A DNA stretch of 64,000 bases. Source: Orbicella franksi. Lineage: Eukaryota. The number at the start of each line of letters is the position of its first letter. The first letter of the stretch is position 1. Below, piece after piece: positions 34,684 to 46,900 of this stretch. The position numbers and the translations under genes were made by a program. The notes beneath the pieces were generated by a model. The model was not told the origin of the DNA, did not search any database, and saw only the letters and a program-made list of their open reading frames with translations. The stretch covers positions 11,408,001 to 11,472,000 of the forward strand of contig OZ116705.1 in the NCBI GenBank assembly GCA_964199315.1. Direction: 5' to 3'.

Positions 34684-35289
34684 AGCGGCCTTCACACGGC
34701 AAATTAAAGGTGGCAAACTCGTAGTTGGCAAACTCAAGTTGGTGTGTGTGAACGGCCCAAATACAGTACGCAAACACGTTGGCAAACTGTTGGCGACAAA
34801 TAGAACTTGCCTCTACTCTCGTCAACTTTTTCACCAACTTTTTCGTGTTGGTAAACTCGTTTCTGACGTGTGAACGACTGGCAAACAAGTGTTACTAACT
34901 GTCAACCAATCAAAACACGCGCTCTGTTCACTTAATTTATTTGCGTAACACTTCACAAAGTGGCGGACGCAATTCAAGATGAACATGAGGCCTCTTTTAA
35001 ATTTATCGAAGAGGTTCACAATTGTCTGGCTGTGTGAAACGATTCATCTGTAGTCTACAAAGATACTCAAAACACACAAAAGAAAATGGAGGAGCCAGCG
35101 GACAAACTGGGTTTCGTCCAAACCTTTCTGTCTCTTCTCTTCTCTTCTCTTGTCCTGTTTCACTGTTCGACGTGAGTCCCACTGCACTAAGTCGGCCATG
35201 TTGCAAATTACCGTGTGTTGCGATTTGACGCGAGTTCAACGTGTGAAGGTACGAGTTTGCCAACTTAAGTTTGCCGTGTGAAGGCCGCT
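34684..35289. mobile_element. Harbinger-type MITE (606 bp)
   Basis: TIR AGCGGCCTTCACACGGCAAA...TTTGCCGTGTGAAGGCCGCT, TTA TSD; empty site GGTGCTAGCTCAAT seen in the paralogous upstream region near 58090. Confidence 0.8.
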
Positions 35290-36051
35290 TTAGCTCAATA
35301 TACTATCTTACCATTTCCCACGAGACATAAAATGTAAAAAAGCTGATGAAGCATGATGTAAATTCAATTTCGTGAATGGCATTTAACTAACTTGTAGCCA
35401 TCTTATGTGCATGGAGGCCTGCAGAATATAATGTTCAACATTCTTCCTATTTATTAAAAAGTCATATTATTATTACTACTTTTTAAATTGAATTAATTAT
35501 AAGCTTAGCTCGAAGCTGCAATAACGTCCTAACATAGATGATTTATTCAATATTCAGTTTGACTAATCACGAGCCACCTTGAACTAGAAAACAATATATT
35601 AGCAGAAAAACAGCGAGATTAATGTTTAAATTTTCAATAAAGTACAAAAATAAAGGTAGGGAACGAGGTGAGTGCCAAGGAAATTCATTGTTAAAAACAT
35701 GAGTTTGGAACGTATATTTCTTTGGAATAAAACAGTCACTCATAAACAAGCCGAAGAAAAATAAATTATTAAAATAAAGGAGCCCAAGAAGGAATTTCTT
35801 CCTGTAAGCTTAGTTGAAAAACCGGCAGATAGAAATATTTTGTTCACATAATAAGTGGGTAATTTAAACGGGAACTCTTAGTAAAAGTAGGAGGAGTCAA
35901 ACTGACATGAGCAGAAATAGCTCTGAATGACAGAGATAAAACACGCCATCTCTTATTTCAGTGTTGACTTGTAATGAGCTGTTATTTCGACTTCACAACG
36001 CCAGACTTTCCATAAGACTTGAGAACTGAAGACGTTCGTTGCGGTTTAAAA

Positions 36052-36121
36052 ATGAATGTTTCTGCCCTCCTCGTTTTTGTGTCATCGATTTCAATAATGC
36101 TTCGTCCAACGCAAGCGGAGG
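36052..36121 (+). CDS. Cluster copy B: orphan signal-peptide exon 1 (possible alternative first exon of copy C, or pseudogene fragment)
   Basis: [24 protein letters not shown] with donor G|GTGAGT; intron 1 homologue runs to ~38524 and stops, with no exon 2 of its own. Confidence 0.7.
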
Positions 36122-39100
36122 GTGAGTTCCAAAATGTCTTACATTTTCATTGATAGCCTTTAAATCGCGTTTTATACTCTCCTACTTAGTGTATCCTAAC
36201 ATCAGCTTGTCTGGGCTGGCATCCCAAACTCTGCCTCATAAGCGGGTTGAGTTTATTGTTGGTTCTTCTCTTCAACCTCTTCTTCTCGGTCATGTTTTCT
36301 TCCGGGTACTCCTATTTTGCTATCTTTATGAAGACCGACAATTTAAAATTCCAATTCGACCAAGAATTTGAGTTTGTCCGGATTTGTCTGAACACCGTCA
36401 ATATTTTCATTCAGTTAGAATTCGCAAAGATCACGTAAAATTGTCATGATAAAATTTTCTCAGGTAAAACTGACACGATATTTCATTAATCACTCGCAAA
36501 AACGGAGAAAAATACGTTTTTTGGTAACATTTTTATCTCCTGTCTGTCTCTTTGCGAAAGCAATTTCGAATTCGGTCCTTAATTGACGATGCGCGAAAAG
36601 TTTAAAAGATAAGACTCATGCAAAAATATAAGTGTACTTATTTAGTTCAATAGTTTTCTCGATAAAGATGGTAACGATGGTGATAATTAAGAGACTATGA
36701 TCTAGATCACAGCCTTTTGTGATAAATTGGGAAACTAAACTTCTAAAAGTTGCAGCTCAGTCATTTTTGTCTTCTTTGTCTTTCGTGGAAGCTTTGTTTA
36801 TTTAGCACTCTTTGGTATTTTAAAGCCGATAGTTGTAATGTCAAAATACTGTAAGATAAAGAAAACCATTTTCATGTAGATTTCAAGTTCTTGAAGCATC
36901 ATCGCTAAGTTTTCCAGAAATAACGTTTGAATAAATCTAGCGGAATTTATTTGTAATTTGTCTCACAATTTTGTTGCGCATCTACGACGCAATTTGCAAA
37001 TTGCAAATTGAACAAGGCGTTGTCTAGTGCAACACTCCCTGAATTGGACATGTCTCGCACGTTTTCGTTACAGCAATGCGAGGCATGTTTATAACCCAGT
37101 GTAACAGCGCCTTTTAACACGATTGCCGACGCATAATTCTTTACAACAGTTCGTACGAGAAATTGCTACTCGCTTTTATCTTATAGCATCAAACATGGTT
37201 CTTAAAAATAATTCTCTGTCAGCACATAAATAAAGACGAAGAGGAAGCTAGAATATCAACACCAGCTATTTTCTCACTAGATGGGAAAAGGGATCTGTAA
37301 AATGCGTGTCTAGTTTGTATTCTATCGCCAAAAAAAAAAAAAAAAAAAAGATGATGCTGCATTTTTTGTTAATAAAATCGGCAAGGTAATTAATCTGACA
37401 CCCATTGCTTAGCATTTTGTGTAATCTTTGAGGACAGATCTTTCAAAAACCTTTGAAAGGCACGGAAATTTGGAGTTTAAACGGCAAATAATCGAAATGC
37501 GGGCTTTCTTGTTATAGTCATAACAAACATATCCTACTATACGTAATGCTGTTGTTAAGAAGTATATTATCTGAATTTAATCATAAACAAAAATAGGAAC
37601 TTTATGCCCATGAGTTGTGTCACAGTTTTGTCGGTCAGTCTTTTGTTATAAAGGTAATTATCTTTTGGTTTCTGTAGTCACAAAATAAAAACGACTTCTT
37701 ACGTGCTCGAAAGCACTCGACAATTAAAAAAGGAAGCTATTACCAGTAACAGGTGGACTTGAAATACCCCACTTTCTTCACCGTGTAAAATTACCGTATG
37801 TCATCATTAAAACTCCTCAATTAAGTTAAATTATGCAGAAATCATCTTTGTTGTTTACGTATCTTGCGGTCTGTAGGCCAGTATACGGTTTTTTCTTGAG
37901 CGAGCGAACTCAAGCGTTTCATTTGTTTTCTTTCGTTTTGTGTATTTGTTGAACTTTTTTGTCTTCTTTTTGTCTAAGTGAGCGATATCTTGGATTCAGT
38001 GAGATGAAGAAAGCAAACAAAAAGTTAGTGTTATGCATGAATAAATTTAACAAGCTCTTTTCCGGAAAAAAACCGTCTGCGTTACTGGTTACTAATACAA
38101 CAGACCATATCTGAAAACGTAGTAAATGTTTTCCATCCACGCTACGCTGGAAAAGTTTGGAAAATGCAACAATCACCGGTCATTTTGGACGTGCGTTTCA
38201 GGAAAACTCTGGCAGGGAAATCACAAGATTATCTCGATGTCATAGTTTTCGAAAAGCTCTGTTTTTTCAAAATGTTTCCCGTCCACACTAAGAAGCAAGC
38301 CGGCGTTTTCAAATTCCTGATCCTCAAGTTTGAAGTTAAGAGCGTTTTCGTGATGGTTTAGAGGAGATGTTAGGCCTAACCGTAGAAAGATAGCCGTGTT
38401 TTCAAATTCCTCCTGTTTGAAGAGCGTTTTCATGACGAGTTAGAGGAGACGGTAGGCCTAACCGTAGAAAGATAGCCGTGTTTTCCAATTTCTCCATGGT
38501 AGTGTGGACGCAGCCTAAGTTTTAAAAGGAAACCAACAGTGACAGAGTGACTGTTGTAGCACAGGTCTCTGGCCAAACCCGATCTGGGCGCAATATTGTG
38601 AGGTCGTTCTCTCACTGTCGTGACTTTTTTTGTATTAGTTGACCCATGTAAGTGGACTGTTTGGAAGTGTTCACCGGTATGCTCTATATGGCTAAAAGAA
38701 ATACATAGTCCCCCCCCCCCCCAACTCCTATGCCTATTTAGTTTAGTGACCCCCGCTTCATTTCTTAATTTTTTGATCACCCCCCCCCCCATCTTATTTT
38801 CCAGCCCCCCTCCCCCTTCCCTCAAGGCATAAGTATTGAATGGTGCCTTATTGTTCAGTATACATACGAGCCTTGTCGAGGAGACAGACCTTTAGCAAGG
38901 ACGACCGTGACAGATTGCATTGGCTACCGGAAACAACAAATGACTTCCGTCAATATTCTGCACATGTCAGTGATACTCGCTAACCGTCGTCCACTCCGCA
39001 CCGACCGGAAATGAAATTATCATTCAGTGCGTGGTTACCAAGGGTTACACTTTTAACTCGCAAATTATATATGTGGTCGCCTGTTGTTGGTTTGCCTGTA

Positions 39101-39131
39101 GATCAAGAGTGACATAACAACATGTAGTATA

Positions 39132-39650
39132 CAGTCGAACCTCCGGTTGCGACCACCTCTCGTAAGCGACCACCTCTCCTCAGCGACCAGTTTTCCAAAA
39201 TACCAAAAGTCAGATCACTAAATTTGGAACCTCCTGTAAGCGACCACCTCTCGTTAGCGACCGCGACTTCTCTTACAGCTAAAAGTTTGAAATTTTCTTT
39301 TGTTTTTGACCTCCAGTGAGTGACCACTAAGCAGGTTATAGAGCGAAAATTGGACAATAAGATGTTGTAACATCATCGTATTGCTGCGTAGTATAAGAGA
39401 TGAAAATTTTCTCAACAGAAAGTACCGGTTTTTTTTTCTTCTCGAAATTGACTTTTCACATGACGTTTGAACCATGGGTAAGTCTCTGCAGTTACCATAT
39501 GCTAATGAGGCAAATTTTGACCGGAAAAATGGTGTGAGCTCTCGTAAGCGACCAGCTCCCGTAAGCGACCAGCTCCCGTAAGCGACCAGCTCCCGTAAGC
39601 GACCGCCTAGGGTTGACATTTTGGGTGGTCGCTCACGGGAGGTTCGAGTG
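39132..39650. mobile_element. TA-flanked MITE, paralog of 33383-33851, with internal 17-bp tandem repeat
   Basis: CAGTCGAACCTCCG...GGGAGGTTCGAGTG; CGTAAGCGACCAGCTCC x3 at ~39543-39593. Confidence 0.7.
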
Positions 39651-40347
39651 TAGCATTTTTTTTGTTTTTCTCGAAACTAAAACGTCTGCGAAAAAATAAA
39701 GTTTGTCATATTTACATTGCAAGCGTAACTTGACGCCTGATAATATTGTTTCACGAGTATGGCAGAATTAGAAACGGGCAATATATTTGCCAAAGGGAAA
39801 GCATAAATTTAAATTCAGTCGTTTGAATGGCCTTTAATTAATTAATTAATTATAACAATCGCACACACGAACGTCTGTAAACAAAACCGTCGAATTTATT
39901 AAGCTAACAGTCGAAGTCGCAATAACGTCCTGATATAAATATGTATTCAACATTCAGGCTAACTTTATCAAGAACCAACTTGAACAAAAAACTTATTACG
40001 CGGAAAACAAAAAAAAAATTAATGTTTCATTCGCAATAAAGTACCAAAACAAAGATAGAGAACATGGAAAATATCGTCGAATATCCAGGATTTCAACTGA
40101 GTGATTGTTAAAAACATGAGTTTGGAGCGTTTCTTTCATTGGAATATAACATTCACCCAGGCATGCAAGAAGAAATTCTTTCCTGTAAGCCTAGCTGACA
40201 AACCAGATAGCAATATTTTGTTCACATAGCAATTGCGTAATAATTTTAACAGGAAGTCTTTATAGGAAGAACAGGACGGGTCAGACTGCCATGAGCAGTA
40301 ATTGCTCTGAATGACAGACCCAAAACACGCCATCTCTTATTACGGTA

Positions 40348-40509
40348 CAAGCAAATATATGAAAGTTCATATATTTGAACTGGGGAGAATGATATGAAGA
40401 TATGATTGTTTATCGCAGTTACGCACTTAACTTAAGCAGTAGTGAGATTAAAGCCTGAAAAAACTTCAGGCCTGAACGGGATTCGAACCCATGACGATAC
40501 CGGTGCAGT
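40348..40509 (-). mobile_element. tRNA-derived SINE fragment
   Basis: Minus strand CTGCACCGGTATC..CATGGGTTCGAATCCCGTTCAGGCCTG (B box GGTTCGAATCC) and AT-rich body; 5' tRNA part incomplete; not present in other paralogous upstream copies. Confidence 0.7.
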
Positions 40510-40991
40510 ACAACGAAATTAATGTTAAAATTTTCAATAAAGTACAAAAATAAAGGTAGGGAACATGGAAAATGCCATGGAAATTCAAGAAATTGAAGGT
40601 TTTTTACTGAGTGATTGTTAAAAACATGAATTTGGAACGTATATTTCATCCGAATAAAACATTCACTCGTAAACAAGCGCAAGAAAAAATAAATAAATAA
40701 ATAAATAAAATAAACAAGCCTAAGAGGGAATTCCTTCCTGTAAGCTTAGTTGAGAAACCCGCAGATAGAAATATTTTGTTCACGTGATAAGTGCGTAATT
40801 GAAACAGGAAGTCTTAGTAAGAGTAGGAGGAGTCAAACTGACATGAGCAGAAATAGCTCTGAATGACAGAGACAAAACACGCCGGTGTTGACTTGTGATT
40901 AGCTGTCATTTCGACGTCACATTGCTGGCTGGTGCTAGCTGAATACTTTGTATAAGACTTGAGAACTGAAGACGTTCGTTCCGGTGTAAAA

Positions 40992-43900
40992 ATGAATGTT
41001 TCTGCCCTCCTCATTTTTGTGTCATCGATTTCAATAATGCTTCATCCAACGCAAGCGGAGGGTGAGTTCGAAAATGTCCTTACATTTTCATTGATAGCCT
41101 TGAAATCGCGTTTTATACTCTCCTACTTTGTGTATCCTAAAATCCACTTGCCTGGGCTGGGATCTCAAACTCTGCCTCATAATCAGGTTGAGTTGTTGTT
41201 GGTTCTTCTCTTCAACCTCTTCTTCTCGTTCATCAGTTTCCTTCGGGTATTCCTATTTTCCTATCTTCATGAAAACCGACATTTTAAAATTCCAATTTGA
41301 CCAAGAATCCGAGTTTGTCTGGGTTCGTCTGTATACACCCCTAATACTTTCAGTTCGAATCCGCAAAAATCACGCAAAATTTGTCATGATAAAATTTTCA
41401 CAAATAAAATTGACACGATATTTCATTTATCACTCACAAAAACGGAGAAAAATACGTTTTTGTGGTAACATTTTTATCTACTGTCTCTCTCTTTTGCGAA
41501 AGTAATTTCGGTCCTTAATTGACGATGCGCGAAAAGTTTAAAAGATAAGACCCACGCAAATATATAAATGTACTTATTTGGTTAATAGTTTTTCTTTGAT
41601 AATGATGATAGGTAAAGTCTGCATGCGAGCCAAGTGGCCCATCAGGCTGGAGCTTATCCCGGTTTCTGTAGCATGAAGCGACTAGGAGTATTTCTACTCC
41701 CCCCTGGATGGGATGCTAGTCCATCGCAGGGTTACCCCCAGCATTAAGTTCGCCGGTACTCATTTATACACCTGGGTGGAGAGAGGCATTGTGAGAGTAA
41801 AGTGTCTTGCCCAAGAACACAACACAATGTCCCCGGCCAGGGCTCAAACCCGGACCGCTCGATCCGGAGACGAGCGCACTAACCATGAGGCCACCGCGCC
41901 TCCCCTTATAATGATGATAACGAAGGTGATAATCAAGAGACTATCATCCGGATCACAGTCTTTTGTGATAATTTGGGAAGCTAATCTTCTAAAAGTTGCA
42001 GGTCAGTCATTTTTGTCTTCTTTGTCTTTCGTAGGAGCTTTGTTTATTTAGCACTCTTTGGTATTTTAAAGGATAGTTGTAATGTCAAAATACTGTAAGA
42101 TAAAGAAAATTATTTTCATGGAGATTTCAAGTTCTTGATGCATGCCTAAGTTTTGCGGAAATAACATTTGAATAAATTTACCGAAATTGATTTGTAATTT
42201 GTCTCACAATTTTGTTGCGCATCGACGAGGCAATTTGCACGAGGCGTTGTCTAGTGTAACACTCCCTGAATTGGACATGTCTCGCACGTTTTCGTTACGG
42301 CAATGCGAGGCATGTTTATAACCCAGTGTAACAGCGCCTTTTGACACGATTGCCGACGCATAATTCTCTACAAAAGCTGGTACGAGAAATTGCTACATGC
42401 ATTTATCTCATAGCATCACTACGTTCTTAAAAATGACTCAGTGAACGCATAAATAGAGACGAAGATGAAGGAATCTCAAAAACAGCTATCTTCTCATTAG
42501 ATGGGAAAAGGGATCCGAAAAATGTGTGTCTAGCCTGTATTTTATCGCCTAAAAAGGGATGGTGCTGCATTTTCTGTTGATATAATCGGCAAGGTAGTTA
42601 ATCTGACACCCATTGCTTTGTATTTTGTGTGATCTTTGAGGACAGATCTTTCAAAAATCTTCGAAGGGCAGGAAAAGTTGGAGTTCAAACGGCAAATGAT
42701 CGAAATGCGGGCTTTCTTGTTATGGTCGTAACAAACATTTCCTACTATATTTAATTAATGCTCTTGTTAAAAAACATATTATCTGAATTTAATCATAAAC
42801 ATAAATATGAACTTATGTCCATGGGTTGTGTCACAGCTGTTTCGGTTCAGTCTTCTGTTGTAAAGGTCATTATCCTTTGAATTCTGTAGTCAAAAAATAA
42901 AAACGACTTCCGTGCGTGCTCCAAACGACTCGACAAATAATAAAGGAAGTTATTGCCAGTAGCAGGTGGATTTTGAAATAGCCCATTTTCTCCACCGTAT
43001 GAAATTAGCCTATGTCATAATTGCCTTAAAACCCCTCAGTTAAGTCAAATTATGCGGAAAACATCTTTGCTGTTTACGTATGTTGCGGTGTAAAGGCCAA
43101 TATGCAGTTTTCTCTTCAGCGAGCGAACTCGAGTGTTTTCGTCTTTTCTTTCTTTTTGTGTATTTGTTGAACTTTTTTTGTTTTCTTTTTGTCTAAGTGA
43201 GCGATATCTTGGATTCAGTGAGTTGAAGAAAGCAAACAAAAAGTTAAGGGGATGCGTAAATAAATTTAACCAGCTCTTTTCCAGCAAAAACATCAGCGTT
43301 ACAGGTTATTAATACAACAAAGCATACCTAAAAACGTAGTAAATGTTTTCCTTGCACGCTACGCTGGAAAAATTTGGAAAACGCAGCCGGTCATTTTGGA
43401 TGGATTAAACCTTAGAAAGATAGCCGTGTTTTGAAATTCCTCCTGTTTGAAGAGCGTTTCATGATGGGTTGGAGGAGGCGGTAGTCTTAACCATAGAAAG
43501 ATAGCCGTGTTTTCAAATTTCTCCATTGTAGTGTGCACGCAGCCTGAGTTTTTCATCTCTTTTTCTCACAACATGAAGTAAATTTCAATGATTCCCCCAC
43601 TAACCGCTCCCTAGATAGAGAGCGTTAGTGAGAGTAGGGAATTTAAGAAAATCACGACGGCAACGGCAACGGGAATGTCACTGAACAAAAGGTTTAATGA
43701 GCAAAACAATAGCCGTGCGACTGCGTTATAATTCTTGGTACATTTCCTTGCCGTCCTCTGCAAAACAACGACGTGAAATGACCAATTTTTGCGTTGTCTG
43801 GAGAACATGAACCACAATGACTAATTTTTTTGAAAAGAAATGCACCGTTGAAAGGGCTGGGATACAAAAAGGACAAAGGAGGTCTAGAGGGCATCAGATT

Positions 43901-46900
43901 TCAGGTACGCGCTGTGAGTTTACATACATATTCACCCCTGTTGCTTTCTGCTAAACTATATAGACTATAATATGGGCGCTTGCCATAAAACCAAAAGTTC
44001 CAAAACTTTCGAAACAGACGCGAATGGAACGGAAATTTCCTTGGAAAGGTTTCACAAAGTCAGGACATTTTTGGCCGCAAATTTTTTGGTCGAATGGAGA
44101 GCGCCCATATATATACCTCGTTAGCCGGGAAATAGTTAGCAGAAAAATTGGCCACTCAGAAAAGCTAAAATTTCCTTTGTTTTACCTTGAGAATTCGCAG
44201 TTATTGACATAGCAAACTTCTACATCCATAATTAGGCGGTATAAAATAGTCCCACCGGGACAAAACATGTGTCTGTTGTAGACTAGGAGTCCGCTGTGGA
44301 GATGTGGCCGTTAGTGGAGGTTTGACTGTGTAGTCTATATAGCTTTCAAAAAGTAAGTAGCAGGAGTGAATATGTACGTAAATTATCAACACGTAACCAT
44401 TAAAGACTAGTGTCTCGTAGGCCTTCTTTTTCCATCCCAGCCATTTCCCCGGTGCGTTTCTATGCCAAAAGCACGAACAATATCCCTGTTTTTTAAAGTT
44501 GAATAGGAAGGATATAGTGTTTTATTAACGGTAATACAGTCGAACCTTTCTAGACGGCCGTTATGGAGAGGTATCAGTAGGGGTGAAATATGACATCCAT
44601 ATTTTCTTGGTATTCAACCTTTTTATCTTAAAAAAAAAATGATCAGTGTGACATGTAAATACGTAACAAAATCAAAATATATCAATAAGACAGAGACCAA
44701 ACAGATATAGAGACCAACGACGCGCAGTTTAAGAGGAATAAAAATAAGAATTATTACCTGCTTTCACAGGAAGCGGTACTTTCTTGATAATTGTCTCGGT
44801 CTCTCGGACGAGGATAACTCTGTCTCTCGGACCGATAACTTCGTGAATGTTTTCAAAAGTGTTACATCTCCTCGTGTATTCTCTCACCGTTACGTTTTGC
44901 ACTATAATTTCGTAACAATGCCAGTGAGCTTTAACTTAACCTTAAGTTAACCTACGGATTAAACCTCAAGTCAGTGGCATCAATATTGTCACCGTTTACA
45001 GACGATCCATTTTCCAAGCTGAGAGGCTTTGATTGAAGTAGAGTGTACCTGTCTACGTGAAACGGTTGTGCTGCCTACGCCAAACGTGATGGATGCAACT
45101 GTAATCGATTGTTTACTCAAGCTCCACGTTTAAAAATGTCTTTTTTTTTCTCTTGAAGTCAGGTTCGGCTGTGGGTCTTCCACAAAAATTAAAACAGCCG
45201 ATATTGAGCGAATAATGTGTGCTACAGTTGTCACCTTCAAAAAAAAAAAAAAACATAGGCGGAAGTCACATAGGTTTCGGGCGATATGCGCGTGTCGGTG
45301 ATCGAAATAATGTTGCATAACATTGCAATGCACCAAAAGCAAGATCTACTTTCATTTAACTGCAAATGTTTGCAAAAGCTAATCATGTGGTCAATCTAAA
45401 AGGAAAAAAAAAATTACAAGCATCCGTATGCGTTATTGATGAAAAAAGGTTTCCAAATTCGTTTAGTTTTGCTCTTGATGAAAGTAGCTGGCCAAGTTCC
45501 ATGTTGATTTCACGAATGACGAATTTAACAAAATGTACCACACGTTTATGTCTCTTGAGGGGTACTTTTTCAGTTTCGACTTCAAATTCTGTGCACCAGT
45601 GGGCTTTTGATGGTATTGAAATTAGCTAAAATTAGCCGTTTCGCTCACGAGCTTCGATGAAGGTAATTGTATCGGCCTAAAATATTATAACATTTGGAGC
45701 TTTTGCTAATCAAATGAATGCTTTAGAAACAGCAAAATATGCATTCTGAGCTAGCCAAAATATATTGATAGACATGTTCGCGTTGATCTGTACGAGCGAA
45801 AAGAAAATGCACAATTTTCGGCCATTTTCGGCGGCGGCTGGCAGATATAATGGCGATTTTTGAACTTTCCTGGATTTCGAAAAAAACTAAAGCGCTTCAG
45901 GGCCTTTGAAGGGTATTTTCGAAAACAATTCATTATAGAGGTGATTTGGACAAAATATGAAGAAATCCGAAATTTCGCGACTGGAAACAACGCTGGAAAT
46001 ACTTTGGAAACGCAACAATTACCGGTCATTTTGGATTTGTGTTTGAGGAAAACTCTGACAGGGAAATCGCTTGATTATCGTGATGTCATCCTTCTTGAAA
46101 AGCCCTGTTTTCAAAATGTTTTCCGTCCACACTAAAACACAAGCCGGCGTTTTCAAATTTCTCCAGTTTGAAGAGCATTTTGGAAAAGGATTAGAGGAGA
46201 CCGTAAGACTAACCGTAGAAACATAGTCCGTGTTTTCAAATTTCTCAATTTTATTATGGACGCAACGTTATTTTGTCACTTTTTTCTCACAAATTGAAGT
46301 TAAATTCAATGATTCCGTCACAAGCCGCTACTTAGATAAAGAGCGGCACTGAGATTGTGTAACGGATCGAGGCAGCACCTCTGTTTGAGATATTCTTGTC
46401 TCCTTTTGTGTTTCTATTTCATTTTCTCGTTGTCTGTATAGGGCTAGAATTCGACGAATACGTTTCAAGTAAAGACTATTACCTGCCTCAAGATGATTAT
46501 TTTATAGTCTTTTTTACATTTATTTCAAGATTACTTACAGGATTGCTTACAACCAACACCGTATAATAAGAGATGGCGTGTTGTGTCGCTGCCATTCAGA
46601 GCTATTTCTGCTCATTGATACTCAGCTATAATAGACCGAGATGCTCGCTTGCATCTAAATGTTAATTTTTTTATATAAAGTACAAGAAACATATTACGTA
46701 AGACTCGATATTTTTCTTTCCATATTACAGTTTCAGAAGCTGACATAAGTATGACCATCGCGGTGCTTCTGATGTCTCAGATGTTTTATAAACTGGACGC
46801 TCAGCAGTGTATAATTCGAGGCGAATATTCCATCCGCGGCATGATGTTAAAAGGCCATACCTTTATCGAGGAGAAGACCGGAATCTGGCTTAATTGTTTA

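Larger units (their letters stand above)
32271..38524 (+). repeat. Segmental duplication unit (TE relics + upstream region + exon 1 + intron 1) repeated at ~38525-43545
   Basis: 38525 onward re-starts AAAGGAAACCAACAGTG (=32271), followed by the same MITE, upstream modules, exon 1 and intron 1; breakpoint right after GCAGCCTAAGTTTT. Confidence 0.85.

Noticed and set aside
40440-40509. tRNA-like B box (also A/B boxes at 41840-41905)
   Set aside because: No complete cloverleaf; both continue into SINE bodies, one with a TSD.
41713-42051. 112-aa [24 protein letters not shown]...
   Set aside because: Antisense reading of the SINE and adjacent intron.
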